A DNA stretch of 63,430 nt, filler included, from Folioceros fuciformis (lineage: Eukaryota), in assembly GCA_049999805.1 (NCBI GenBank). It is 11 parts of 11 records of this genome, joined end to end, with 100 filler letters (N's around TTAATTAATTAA, not from the genome) between each part and the next. Parts side by side here need not be neighbours in the genome. Positions count along the whole stretch, not along the records: positions 48,029 to 50,494 come from JBNGIO010001538.1; positions 50,595 to 60,942 come from JBNGIO010001540.1; positions 61,043 to 63,430 come from JBNGIO010001544.1; 8 more parts are not named here. The stretch is one strand, 5' to 3'. Shown here piece by piece: positions 50,035-63,360 of the stretch. The number at the start of each line of letters is the position of its first letter. The stretch's first letter is position 1. Made by a program: the position numbers and the translations under genes. Below the pieces are notes generated by a model. It did no database searches and was not told the origin of the DNA. It saw only the letters and a program-made list of their open reading frames with translations.

Positions 50035-50494
50035 TGTTAGGGGTCAGGGTCTGACGATAGGCTGGCTGATTGCTTGGCTGGCATGAACGGCCATGGAGGC
50101 CATGCCCTAGCTAGAGCTAGAGGCAGGGGTTGCGGTGTCAATAGGATCGACTCCAATCTACGTGCAAGTGTAGGAGAGGAGAGGAGAGAAGAGAGGGTGG
50201 TATTGGTGATCACAACCATGAAAACAATACACATCACCACTGTCTTACTATGGAGGTCCGAGGTCTCCATTTAAGTAGTACATTTAGGGCTACACAACTT
50301 CCAGGTTCAATATGGGATAATCTACACTATCCTAAGTTCACTAATAACTAGAACTAGTCTAGTATGAACCCAACTGGGATAACTAACACCACATGAGTTT
50401 AGCTCATATAGAGCTCGATAACTCAACACTCCCCCTCGAGCTCAACGTAGCATCTGTACGCCTAACATAGCTCGGAATTTCTTCAGCTTCTCTG
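50035..50494 (-). mobile_element. 3' end of a third element (Copia): RNase H tail, PPT and ~400-bp 3' LTR
   Basis: Minus strand EKLKKFRAMLGV, PPT GAGGGGGAG at 50437-50429, LTR TGTTGAG (50428)...CTAACA (~50035 or 50029). Confidence 0.75.
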
Positions 50495-50594
50495 NNNNNN
50501 NNNNNNNNNNNNNNNNNNNNNNNNNNNNNNNNNNNNNNTTAATTAATTAANNNNNNNNNNNNNNNNNNNNNNNNNNNNNNNNNNNNNNNNNNNN

Positions 50595-51477
50595 CTATCT
50601 ACCACAGAGGCCGAGTATGTTGCAGCGACTGAGGCTTGCAAGGAAGCCATGTGGCTTGCTCGTTTAGTGGGAGATTTGGGGATCAAGGGTGAGCTGCCAG
50701 TGTTGCATTGTGATAGCCAGAGTGCTATCCAGTTGGCGAAGAATCCAGTGTTTCATGCGAAGACCAAACATGTGGAAGTGAAGTATCACTTCATTCGAGA
50801 GGTGTTGGAAAACAAGAGGGTACAACTTGTCAAAGTTCACACTAGTCAGAACCCTGCAAATGTTCTTACCAAGGGGCTCTCTACGGAGCAATTCGCACAA
50901 GCTAGGACACTCATGGGCATGAGCTAGACCACTCTCTTATGAAGGTAAATTGGCCTTTAAGTGGGAGGTTGTAGGGTTATTAAAGCCCAATGTGCTTAGG
51001 CTAATGTGTTTAGTCTAAGATTAGTGTCTAGTTAATCTGCTTAGACTAATGTGTTTAGTCTAAGATTAGTGTCTAGTTAATGTGCTTAGACTAATGTGTT
51101 TAGTCTAAGATTAGTGTCTAGTTAATGTGCTTAGACTAATGTATTTAGTCTAAGATTAATGTCTAGTTAATGTGCTTAGACTAATGTGTTTAGTCTAAGA
51201 TTAGTGTCTAGTTAATGTGCTTAGACTAATGTGTTTAGTCTAAGATTAGTGTCTAGTTAAGTATCATTAGTTTAGATTAGCTTAAGCTAATCTGTAGGAA
51301 GCTTCTTGCGCAGCTTCCTAGGGACCTTCTTGTGAAGCTTCCTAGGGAGCTCTTCTAGAGGGTATAAATACCCCCTTGAGCTCCCTTGCCAACTACTCTC
51401 AATGTGACCTCTTTTTCTCCTCTCCTCTCTGCCTCCTCTTCTCCTCTCCTCCACCATGCTCCTCTAGTGATCCTACA
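50595..51477 (+). mobile_element. Copia 3' end: RNase H, PPT and 508-bp 3' LTR (50970-51477)
   Basis: STTEAEY, CDSQSAI, NPVFHAKTKHVEVKYHFIRE; PPT AAGTGGGAG; LTR TGTAGG...CCTACA containing a TATAAATA box. Confidence 0.92.
50990..51260. repeat. 45-bp tandem repeat x~6 in the LTR U3 region
   Basis: CTAATGT starts at 51001, 51046, 51091, 51136, 51181 and 51226. Confidence 0.95.
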
Positions 51478-53110
51478 CAATTGACCATCCAATTAGAAGA
51501 CCTTCAACAGGAGAAAGCACAACAAGAAGTTGAGCACCAGACCAAGATTCACAGGATGCTGGTGGTTTGAGCTTGTAGGTTTCGTGCTGACTATGCCTAT
51601 TTGACGGGGTGCATGACCAAGCTTCATGCAACTCATCAAGAAAACCTTGACCTACAGTTGAAGGTAGGGGCGATGGAGGCGGAACGGGATATCTACAAGA
51701 GTAGATGCGATGGTGGGGATTGGGTTGTTGACATGGATACCATGGATCTAGCTCAACAGAATCGCAACCTCCACCTACACCAACGTCTACTCGCTCATCA
51801 CAAGGAACTGGCAGCATTGGCAAGGGGAAGGTATCTTGGGCCACATGATAACGACCGTGAGGCCCTGGAGACAGTGCCCCTACCAGCAGTATGGACCTGG
51901 AGAGCTCGCGATGGGAACCTGAAGAGCTGCTATGGGCTAGGAAGAATACGCAACAAGGGGTACCTACTCCTGTAGGGAACCTACCTACGAGAGGAGGGGT
52001 AGGGAACCTACCTACAAGAGGAGGGGAAGGAATGATAGGTACTCTACCTACGGAGGGAACATTCTCACCCTATGTAGGGAAGGAGCCTCAAGTTGAGGAA
52101 CAAGGGGAACCCTCCCCTACCAAACTTGTAGACGGTGGTGAAGGGATGGCCCAAGAGATCCACACATACAAAGGTACGGTGGAAGCTCGTGGATCCAAAA
52201 GAAGACAAATCCCAATAATGGAGGGGGGCCCAGTGGCTCAACCTTCAGACTCTGCCTCCCTTCAAGAGCCATTCTAGCCATACCTTTTTGAAAAAGGGGG
52301 TCAACGAATCTCCTATGGCGGCACCGACAGTCCTAATCTTCATCGGCGCGCACTACCTTAGCAACTATTGGCAGGTCTTAGCCTCTTGGTAGGTGTGCGT
52401 AGTTAAAGCTGGCCCCGGCTAGTGGTAGGTAGGAAGCTGTCTGCCATCCTATATAAGTAGAACGAAGAACTTGAGCCAGGCCCCCGTTCTTTGATTGTAA
52501 GTGTTTCGTGACGAATAGAGAACCAATTTTCGTAAGCCGGCGTGGACATCCTGGTGGAAGGGGGAGCTGCGAGTGCCCTTTCTGTTGCTTATCGCAAAGG
52601 TTCTTGTGATGTCTGGTTGGGAGTCTTGAACGTAGGGAAACGTGGAGTTGGATCGTGTAGAAGGTGATGTGAGGAGACTTGTGGGGAAAGGTGCTGGGTG
52701 TAGGTAGTTGGAAGTTGGTAGGGGGAGGTACTGGGGCCCTTCCAAGTGAAGGAATGGTGCCTTCCCACTAACTGGACGTGTTGAAGGTACGCGGGAAAGG
52801 TTGAATGTCGTAGGCGAACGATAAACAGAGTTGGAGGGAGCGGAGTAGGCTCGGAGGAAAACTCGTTGGTTGCTCTGGTGTAGGGAGACGAGCAGCTAGA
52901 TTGTGGGTAGAGGAAGGTGTTGTAGGGAGCCTTGACAGGAAAAGGTATTGAGTGTAGGGAGAACGAAATCGGTAGGGGAGGAACTGGGGCCCTTCCAAGT
53001 GAAGGAATGGTGCCTACCTACTGACGAGACGTGTTGCAGGATTGGTAGGAACGACATTGGATTGACATGCTTTGTTTGCAAGTCACTTATTTCACCCTCT
53101 AATATATAAG
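51478..53110. mobile_element. Unclassified TE-like segment: broken coiled-coil ORF, 27-bp repeats and a ~253-bp duplicated block
   Basis: The frame LTIQLEDLQQEK...LAHHKELAALARG has one TGA. ACTGGGGCCCTTCCAAGTGAAGGAATGGTGCCT occurs at ~52730 and ~52983. Confidence 0.35.
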
Positions 53111-53129
53111 TGTCAGCCACAAAATCTTG

Positions 53130-53740
53130 CATACTCTACCTCTTCTCATCCTCGTCCAGATAATTCCCTTCCATACCTCTTGTAGTTACATTTCTTATGT
53201 CCACCCTTCCTTTGGGCCATCCTTTGTTGCCTCTAGTCTCCTTTTCTGCTCTTTGCCTTCCTACATCCTCACTATTCCCCATTCGAGGAGACCCCCCATT
53301 CCGAGCGATATCCTCTCAAATTAGAAGCCCTGCATAACTATTCAATGACACACCTGCACATCACCTTCACAATTTGCTTGCAATGGCTGTGGTCCCCCAC
53401 TCTCTATGATGTACTTTCCGGCCCTTATCCTTGCTATAGTTTCAGCGGCTCCGTGGGCACACCCCTCTTGCCCTCATGTTTTCATCCCCTTGCTCTTGAG
53501 AAACATGGAGCCATGGGCAAGGTCTCTCTAAGGTTCATTTAAGGAGTATACAAAGGTGTAGTTTAGTTATATGAATGACGTTTTGCTCTTTCCTCAATGG
53601 TGGCTTTTTTTTTTTGACGATACGTACCCATTGCTTTGCAAAAAGCATTGGCCAATGCAATCTTTAGATGAGCAAGAAATGCAGGTCTGGTGGCTTCTTT
53701 AGCCCAAATGGTAGGTAGGCCTTTTGTAATTTCTTATCAA
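53130..53740 (+). mobile_element. Second, older CRE-like non-LTR 3' remnant
   Basis: FHPLALEKHGAMGK and IALQKALANAI match the end of the 21430-24290 element; nucleotides 53481-53522 resemble 24060-24101. Confidence 0.65.
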
Positions 53741-54302
53741 TAATATTTGTAATAGTTCCCTCCTGCAGCCATCCTTTTGTATTATCCTACAAAGGGTTCT
53801 TTTTTTTGTCAAATCTCTTTGTATCACCGTCCAATGATCCCTTATTTGTAGAGATTTTTTTTATTTTCTACTGGAAAAATAAATTCACTTCATAACAAGT
53901 GAAAGCTCGTTTGGATATGACAAGGGAAAAACTTAGTCCTTTACATTAAAAGAAATGGTAGACATAATGCACAAAGTCTAAACCCACCCACGGCACTAAA
54001 TTTCCGACAAAGACCCTCCCGTTCGCTGGGTTAAACTTTGCACAATATAGCGAGCACACAGGTCGTCATGTGTTCCGCGACAGGTTGCTACGCGTAATGT
54101 CAAGGAACGAGATGTCAACACTTTAAGCGTACTTTTATCCTATTCATCGGAGTCGTAGCAGGCATGAAGTTTGGAAGGTGGAGAACGGTGAGCAAGATGT
54201 GTTTTGGCTGACGGGCGTGGTACCAGACGTTAGACGCTGCCGGGCAAAAGCAGGGGCAGGTACCAATGGCGTCATCGCTCAGTTTGTGGCCTGGTGGCGG
54301 CC

Positions 54303-57300
54303 ATGGCTGTCTACTCGTCTAGCTACGGGCCACAGCTCTCTCCCATGTCAGTCCGTATGCCGGAGCACACGAGCTTATGGCTGGGATCGGCTTCTCTGCC
54401 CCGCGTCCCTCCCATCGGCTATGTTCCTAGGGATCAAGCTGCAGCCGCTCGGCGCTCCAGGCAATTCATTCACAACTCTCCTGCTACATTCACTTGCTTG
54501 TATCCGGAATGGAATCGGACTGTGTCCTCGTCGCTCGCCCGGCAGAACCTTCCTTCTCGGCGGACGACCTGTGGTGCCAGGAGGCCGGCGCGGACGCCGC
54601 TCCTCCTTCCCTCTTGTTGCGCGTTCTCGGATTTACTGGGAACGTGCAGAATTTCCTGGACCAGGATATCCTCCCACGGCAGAATTCACCATGGCCACAC
54701 TCACACCGACGAGGGACCATGTGGGCATCACGACGAGCATGATGGCCATGAAGCGTGCGGAGGTGCGGACAACTGTTGTGCTCATGAGCACGAGCACCAG
54801 CAGGGGCATTGGCATGGGCATGGGCATGGGCATGAGTATGAGCATGCCCATGGGCATTTGCACTCCCACCACGCAGGCCATTCGCATGCGCCGACGCGAT
54901 TGAATTCCGTGCAACAGGCTCTGCACAAGCTCGCGCAAGTGCTGTGGATCACCAAGGTTGCTGATGTCTTGCGGGAGAATCTCTCTGTCTGCTTAATTTC
55001 CTTGGCTCTGCTGCTCGTGGGAGCTGCTGCACCGCTGGTTTGGCGCAATCCGCTCGCAACCACTCTGCAGACTGCGCTTGCGGCGGTGGCATTTCCTTTG
55101 ACCGCGGTACCGTCCCTCTCTTGTTTGAATCATGCTCGCATTCCCCTTTTCTCGTTCCATTGTAAACGGTCAGGATGGAGGACGGAATTTGCCTCCGTTT
55201 CCTCGTCGCCAGCTCGTTCATGACTAGATGTGTCAGGCTATGGCAAACTGCTTCCGAGCACTGTTGGTTTTGCTCTCTCAGTACCTGATTTTTTTTTGCA
55301 ACTTCATTTTGCACAGGTGTCAGGGGTATTGGACTCCACCATTGCCATGGCTGGCGGAAAAATTGACATCCATGTTCTCATGGCACTCGCAGCAGTTGCC
55401 TCCGTGTTTATGGGGAACATCTGGGAGGGTGGCCTGCTTTTGACAATGTTCAGCCTGTCCCATCTCGGTATTTCGCAAGACGGATGGCTGCTGTGGTCTG
55501 TGGGTGTCTGAGTTCGGTTTGAGGTTCATCAGGAAACTGTGTTGCGCCAATATCGGCATTCATGGAGCAAAACACAAGATCTTTTTTCTCGGTCAATGTT
55601 TTTCATTGCAGAGGATGGTTGAGTCCATTCAAGAGATTTCTTGTGTGTGTGTTGTTTGATCTTAAGTGTGAACCTGCAGTGGAAGAAAGCTTTACCAGGC
55701 GAGCATTACGCGACGTGAGGGCGTTGAGGGACAGCAATCCAGAGTCTGCTCTTGTCCTAGATGACTTTGATCGTCTATCTCGGGCAGCTCTATCGACTGC
55801 AGCTTACAAATCTTTGCCAGTTACTCAGGTGGAGGCTGGATCTTATCTTCTCGTGAAGGCGGGTGAGGTATGCACACTCCAGTGCCATATGAGACTGCTG
55901 CCAACCTTTATCTATAATAGCTGTACGCCATGGAAGTACTTCTGGAGCAAGTTAAAATTGTTCATGCTGAAAATGGCAATGCTGGAGATGTGGAAATGAA
56001 CCCAAAAGTGAACACTTTCTGTGCTTAAGACCTGTAGCTCTCACACCCGCAGAAATGCAAGGTGCTTTCTCAGTGGGTTTCTTGCTTTTCTTGAGGACAA
56101 GAATCAGAGCCTCAACGACGCGCAGAGTGAAGCATTTTATAAGGAACACATGGTTACGTCCGTCTTTTGTGGATGTATTTGTTTCAGCATTTCTGACGCT
56201 CTGCTCTTTGGTCTCAGACAGTACCTGTAGATGGGGAGCTAGCTATGGGGCATTCCATGATAACGGTAGAACATCTTACTGGTGAAGTGTACCCTCTGGA
56301 GAAGAAAATCGGAGATCTGGTTCCTGGAGGAGCCAGAAACTTGGACGGCATGATGGTAGTGAAGGTCAGCTTGTCTGTCGTCAAAGACTGTGGAAATTAC
56401 AGTGTTATACGTTTGAAGAACTTCATTAATGATCTTTGTATGCATTAACAGGCTACGAAATCATGGAATGATTCCACTGTTGCAAGGATCATGAAAATTA
56501 CAGAAGATGCCCAGCTGAACCGACCTGTTTTGCAAAGATGGCTCGATCAGTTCGGGGAGCAATATAGCAAGGTGGTGATTGCACTGTCGGTGGCGCTCGC
56601 TGTTTTGGGCCCAGTCATCTTCAAGTGGCCGTTATTGGGTTCCTCAGGTTAGCTCTGACATACTTGCCTTATTAGCTAGGTTAATGGCCTTCGATACCTC
56701 TCCAGGCATTCCCCGTTTTGTGTTGGTGGGCGAGAACTAAGATTCTGTGTTCATGCGTCAGGGGTCCGGGGCTCAATCTACAGAGGGTTGGCTTTGATGG
56801 TTTCAGCTTCGCCATGTGCGCTAGCCGTTGCTCCACTTGCGTATGCAACTGCAATCAGTGCTTGTGCAAACAAGGTGCAGTAACATGCTCTCTTCTGCAC
56901 ATTGTAGTTTAAATCAGAAGTGGCTATGAGAGGCTGTGAGGTAACTATCATGGAGTCACATCCAAGTTTCTATCATTGGCCACACAAGGACTGAAGACTG
57001 TTTCTTAAGGCTTGGAAAGTCAGTGAACGAAAATATTCTTCTTGGAGTATTGGGTAGAATCAGTCATCCTATTGTTCACCATATGTGTTTCATTGCAGGG
57101 TATCCTTCTGAGGGGTGGTGAAGTCCTAGATTCTGTGAGTGCGTGTGACACGATTGCATTTGACAAAACAGGTACCCTTACCACTGGTGAGCTTGAGTGC
57201 AAGGCAATCGAACCTCTACATGGTCATCTGAATCAAGGCCAGAGTGGCACACCCAATAGCATCTGTTGCAATCCCAGCTGTGTTGCAGAAGCCCTTGCTG

Positions 57301-59272
57301 TTGCGGCAGCTCTGGAAAGGGGTGCTTCTCACCCCATTGCTCAGTAAGCTCCAGCTTTGCTCAAATGGCTTCCAGTAAGGCGAACGTACCTCGGAGTGAC
57401 CTCCGAAGGTATCTGTCATTCCAAAACCTTGATCGTAATTTCGTCACCATTGTACAGGGCAGTGTTGGAGTACAGCGAGGGGAAAAAATTACCTCCATTT
57501 GTCGTTCACAACTTTGAATCATTTCCGGGCAAAGGATTGGCTGCAGATATCGCACCAGTAGAGGTATACCTACCAGATTGGTTAGTTAGCTTATTCTTGA
57601 CCGTCTCAAACATGTTCATGAAATTTTCATTTCATAGATCTCTGACTTGCATGTTCACTGGTCAAGTTATGTTTAAACACTTACCCGCAATGGCTGCGTG
57701 ATTGACTGAGATGCCCAGGTTCTAGCTGTGACTCTGTAATTCATTCCTACTGCTTTAATCTTTGAGTTGAGTCTTGTGAGTGTGTTTTCTGTTTCAAGCG
57801 GTTCCTTGATTTTTTATAGTCAGGTGATGGCTCTTCGCACAGAGCATATCTGGGATCTCTGGAGTTCGTTGGATCGTCATCAGGCTTTGATACAAGCTCT
57901 CGGCGGTTGGAGGACTCAGTAGAAGGATCTCCTTTCAGCAGCGAACTTGTGCGGGCAGCTCTCTCTGTAAACAGCAAGGTCTTGGCCTTTGTAAGAAGTG
58001 GGGTTTTCAAGTGTTTTCATTTGGTCTGCACACTGTTAACAGGTGCCGTGCTGTGAGATGCAGATCACCATCTTTTACTTGGAAGACAAGTTACGGGCAC
58101 ATAGTGTTGATGTGATCTCATCCTTAAGGAAGCGTGAAGGGCTGAGGTTGATGATGCTGACGGGGGATCATTTGGCTAGTGCTCAAAGGGTTGCTAAAGC
58201 AGTTGGCATCGATGAAGTGTACTCAGGTCTGAAGCCTGAAGAAAAGCTGCAAAAAGCCAGAAGTTTCTCTGGTAAGAGTGCTCTGGCTGTGCACATTGCG
58301 TCTGTTGAAGTTGGATATCATGAAAAGACGGAATGCAAACCTGGTTTTGATGGAGGAAGGGGGGGTGGGTGGTGTTTGGTGATCCTCTGATGACTTTAGT
58401 GGCCTGCCATCTGACATTTATATGTTACGTAGTTGAGCAATGAAATTGTGCTATTATTTTTCTCCATTCATGTTGGGGATTCTGCACGCAGCCGGCCTGT
58501 GATAACTGGTGTATCTTACTCGAATGCTATGCAGCCCGAGATGGCTCGGGGGGCCTCATAATGGTTGGCGACGGAATTAATGATGCACCAGCGTTAGCTG
58601 CTGCGACAGTTGGAATTGTGCTTGCACAGCGTGCGAGCGCAACAGCTGTGGCTGTTGCAGATGTGCTCCTCCTGCAGGACAATATTGATGGAGTGCCATT
58701 TGTGATTGCGAAAGCTCATCAGACTACAGCCGTGGTAAGCTCTACTTTGAAGTCTCATGTTTTTTGATTGGGGTGGCAATTTGTCTCGTAGACTAAGCGC
58801 CTTATCTTGCCATTGCTTGTCATGCAGGTTAAACAAAGTGTGTTTCTTGCACTTCTTTCCATCCTGGTTGCATCTCTACCTTCAGTCTTGGGAATGCTGC
58901 CACTTTGGCTCACGGTTTGTTCCCTTGGTTCCCAGTTCTAAGCGTGTTGTGTACCTGTTTGAAGTGCATTTGCTTTTCGAGTTTAGATGCAGACGTCCAC
59001 GTCTTGTAGATACCACGTCTATGCTTGTCTTTGAAACTATATGTAACAGGAGTCTGTTTTGCGCTTGACAGGTGTTGTTGCACGAAGGCGGTACCTTATT
59101 GGTTTGCCTGAATTCAGCCCGTCCGTTGAGAAATCCAAGTGACGCTTGGGTTTTATTCCATTCAGGCAAGGGATCTAAATTCCGTGATCGAACTGCTCAG
59201 TTAGGGAAAGAGCTGGCAAAACGGCTGATGACCAAGTCAAGCAGGCCGAACTTGCAGTCTGGTCCTGCATAA
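54303..59272 (+). CDS. HMA1: P1B-4 heavy-metal ATPase HMA1 (plastid), multi-exon
   Basis: Transit-like N-terminus, His-rich tract, IDIHVLMALAA, EHLTGE, SPC motif (VSASPCAL), FDKTGT, SHP, MLTGD, GDGINDAPALA and HEGGTLLVCLNS. Confidence 0.93.
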
Positions 59273-59679
59273 TCGTCATAACGTGGCCGATCTGTGGTGG
59301 GCCGCTGCTGAATGCGCTGCACAGAGTAATGGGTCTCCAGATTGGTTCTTGAACAACGTGGGCATGGTTGTTTAATGTGCGGAGCATGATGACGAAGTCT
59401 TGTATCGGTGACCAGTCACGAGTATCTTTGGTGACGCAACTAATGGCCTTCGGCGCGGTCTGAGCCAGCTAGCTATCTTTGTATCGGCACCGACAACAGA
59501 TGAGGTGTCCACGCGTTATAAACGCGAATGGCCAAGCCCTCTTGCGTGCAGTCTTACTTTGTAATTGTGGATCGTGGGAATTCATCTTTAAATCATATTT
59601 GTCGGGCTAGTCCTGTTGGAGGCCAACAACCCTTCGAAAAATTCTGCTACAGCGTTGTTTATTAAGGTAGGGTTTTGGG

Positions 59680-59880
59680 ATGACATAAAAAAGGGCCCTT
59701 GAAGTATGTTTGGGGATGTCATCGAAATTTGCGCCCGTAAAGTGTGTGATTGGGATGTCATCGAAATTTGTGCCATGATTTATTGGGGAGGGACATTGAA
59801 ATTAGCGCCCATGAAATATTGGGTGTGATATCAAAATTTGCAACGCTAAAATAGTGGGAATTGTATCCAAATTTGTGCTC
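59680..59880. repeat. Degenerate ~40-bp repeats (GGGATGTCATCGAAATTTG)
   Basis: About five degenerate copies are visible. Confidence 0.6.
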
Positions 59881-61254
59881 ATGAGCATTGAAGGCAATCT
59901 TAAAAAATAATTAGATGATGTTGAAAAATTGGTATATATTTTCATTTCCTAAGAACTGTATTGCCATGGCTAAGCCCCCTCTTGATCTTTGGCCTTCTAT
60001 GGGCTCTTTTCTTCTCTTGTCCTCCTCATGTTCCAGCAACTCTCTTGGCCTTTGATCCTATGTGGGTTCGTTTCTCCTCTTCTGCTCGTTTTTGTTCTAG
60101 CCTCTTTCTTGGCCTTTGGCCTTCGGCCTTCTACAAGCTCTTTTCTTCTTTTTGTCCTCCTCTTGTTTGACTTACATCAGATTTTCCTTCTTCTTTTTCG
60201 GGATAAAGTAATCTCTTCCTTTTCATTAAAATAGTCATAGAATTTTTGAAATATAATATTTTTTTTACAAGGTTGTACCGTTTGGTGTGCTACAATGACC
60301 ACTTAAGTACTTAATGAATATTATGTGAATGGAACCAGTTCGAACTACTTAGGTACAACATGGTATGTAGTAGTAGTGAGTATAAGGGAGATTGTGCTTC
60401 CAGTCCACAACTCGACTTCGTGACCAAGTTTTCATCATATTCTGCATGCCTAAATGGGTTTAATTTAATGAATGTAATTTGTTCTGAGTAGGGGATTAAT
60501 TTTTTTGTTACATGCAATACCCAAATACATCGTTTGATGGTATTTCGCTCTCTTTGGATTGACTAAGCTTTGACTCTATTCACACATGTGGCTCTATTGT
60601 AGATGTGGTTATAATGGATCTTGATTAGAACACCATTTGCGTGTTGTATCAACTCTTCTGATTGAGAGGCCATGACACCATTTACTTGTTTGTTATGAAC
60701 TTTCCTCATTGAGAGGTGCTATCAAGCCTAGCAGGTAAGTAGTGACTCTTCCAATTAAGAGCTGCTAGTATGCTTTGTGAGTAAAAGTTGACTCTTTCAA
60801 TCCAGAGTTGCTATCAAGTCAGGTGAGTGAGTAGTGAGTCTTTTAATTATAAAGTCCTATATAATCAAGCTTCGTGAGTTGGTAATGGCTGCTCCTGTTG
60901 GAAGTAACCCCGTTAGGGTTAGCTTCTTATAAACGTTGCAGCNNNNNNNNNNNNNNNNNNNNNNNNNNNNNNNNNNNNNNNNNNNNTTAATTAATTAANN
61001 NNNNNNNNNNNNNNNNNNNNNNNNNNNNNNNNNNNNNNNNNNACCATATATAACTTGAAAAGACAGCTTGAACTTTCTTTTGTTCCTTCTTTATAACTCA
61101 TGAGAAAATCTAAAAGTTGAGCTGTGAGAGCGTGACATCTTAATCTTCCTATCATCTCAATTGCCTACAATTCATGCAAAAGCTGGTACGTGAGTTCAAG
61201 GTTTTTTTTTTCTTTTAAGTGAACTAAGTTTTAGCTTGAAATAGAGCACAATAC

Positions 61255-61886
61255 CTGCTTTTTATGAGCTTAGCCAATGTGAGAAACTAGCGGTCATAAG
61301 TGATGTAAGAAAAGTAGTCATTCAATAAATACAAAAAAAATGAAAAGATATACTTGTCCAATATTTATCGAGTTATGTGTTTGTAGGAGCAATCTTAAGG
61401 CCTTTACTGGTTCATCACAACGCTCAAACAACATAGCAGCTTTGGAGATTGCTCCCATGCTCTCATAATACCTAATGAAAATTTGATGATATATATATAT
61501 ATTTGCAAAAAGTAAGAGCTATGATTGTCTCTAACCTAGCAAGATTAAGAAGCTCATCCTTAGGCGCCACATCAAGGACAAGTTGTGTATAGACATCCAT
61601 CTTATTGTATCTTTGGGCAAGGTCTCTAGCATCTGAGGATCTACAAAACATATTCAACCTCTAATATGAGATTTTTGTTATAAAATTAAAAGTTATAATT
61701 TTCCTAAATATATTTTAATGTTCCACCTTTTAGCCATAACCAAAAACTCGATTGCGTGATGGTAGTCTCCAGAACTTTTACAATATTTTGCAACTAAGTT
61801 TGCAGCATTCTTGGATTTAGACTGCAATATATTTAAATATGAGTTTATTTTTGTTGCAATTCCTAATACTCCGAATCTATAGTTTA

Positions 61887-61921
<35 letters not shown>

Positions 61922-63360
61922 CCTTGTGCAATAACGCAAATGCTTTAAAGGGATTGTTAAGTATTACTCCTAATTGTATTCGCACTGCATTTTCCACATC
62001 CTATCGAAACAAAATAATACATCAACAAAGAATGGGATTATACACTCGTTGATACTACCAAATAACATTGTGTCAAATATAGAAGAGCCAATGAGTACCT
62101 CAGCTACCTCGTAAGCAATGGCTGCTTTACTGTATTCTTTCTCAATTTCCATAGCTTTTCCAAACTGAGAGTTGACATACATAAGTAACTTTCTTTCTTG
62201 TAGTTAACAAACAATATAATCCATGTGTAGCAGAATTTTGACCTCAATGTAAAGTCTGGGTACAAGCATTTCTTCAATTAATGATTGAGCCTTTGAATAT
62301 GCTCTTGCAGTTATGAATAATGTAGCTGCTTCTTCAAAAGATTTTCCTAGCTCAAACATTTCAGCAGCATCCTAGCCACATAACTCACACAACCTTTAGA
62401 AGATATTTAAAATATTATGCGACGGCATTAATACATCATCCTACTGTACATATGAGGCTCACTGATTACCTGGAGTAAGTTCAATTCTTCCAAAAGTTTA
62501 GCACACTCATAATGTAAGTATAGATTGTTACATTCTATTGAATTTTGCTTTCCTTTCCATAAGTCTCCAAGTTGAATAGATGTTCTTGCTATTCCCACCT
62601 AATGCGGCCAATGCAAATTACATTGTTTTGTCTCAAACTATAGACAATATTTACCTTCAAGTGTAATTATTTCTTGGTAAGTTTTTATGAAATTGTTGCA
62701 TAAAAAACGATGGTTATTCCACTAAGTGATTAGATAATACCTGTAGAATATATTTCAGTCTTTTGCTTATCAATTTAGAATCGATGTACTTTTCATATTG
62801 TTGCAAGGCGTGTCGATAATCTCCTTTCATTTCACACTCATAAGCACACTCTCTTGTAATATTAGCAATAATAGGGGATAATTCTCTTTCACCAACCAAT
62901 GACATGGCCTTTGGATAAAAGACATGTTATAAAGTAAATAATTAATAATAAAAATAATTAATAATAAACTTACACAAATACTTAAGATAATACTGCTAGA
63001 GAAGATTGACCTGATCCCACTCTAGTAAGTCCATTCTCATCTCTACAGCCTTCTTGAGGCAAAAAGAATCCAAAAACAACTTCTGCACAGAAGATGTGAT
63101 AGAAAATCATGAAAAAAGATGCATCTTCAATTGGGATTTATAATTTTATGATTTAAATTTGCTCATTAGCTTCTAACCTGAGCCATTTCATGCTCTTCTA
63201 ATATTAATAACATGTGACCACATAGGAGTCTAATGTCTTCAATATCCTCCAAAGGTTGCAAATATGACATTATACGTGTATCAAAACAATGTTGACATGC
63301 TTTGCTTGCAATTTCAAACTCTAATTGCTCCAATGTGGTTTTTACTAGTCTTTTCCATAC
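61255..63360 (-). CDS. IFT144: Intraflagellar transport protein IFT144/WDR19, internal exons (partial)
   Basis: Spliced exons read IEDIRLLCGHM..MAQ, KAVEMRMDLLEWDQ, EMKGDYRHALQQYEK, GIARTSIQLGD, QFGKAME..YSKAAIAYE, LNNPFKAF and LAQRYNKMDVY, collinear with the WDR19 TPR-like region as I recall it. Confidence 0.82.
61887..61921. repeat. (AT)n microsatellite in an intron
   Basis: Visible in the sequence. Confidence 0.9.

Noticed and set aside
54686-54890. His/Cys-rich tract as a novel metal-binding peptide
   Set aside because: It is the known N-terminal His-rich region of HMA1-type ATPases.
59960-60240. Hydrophobic ORFs resembling membrane proteins
   Set aside because: An artefact of CT-rich low-complexity sequence.
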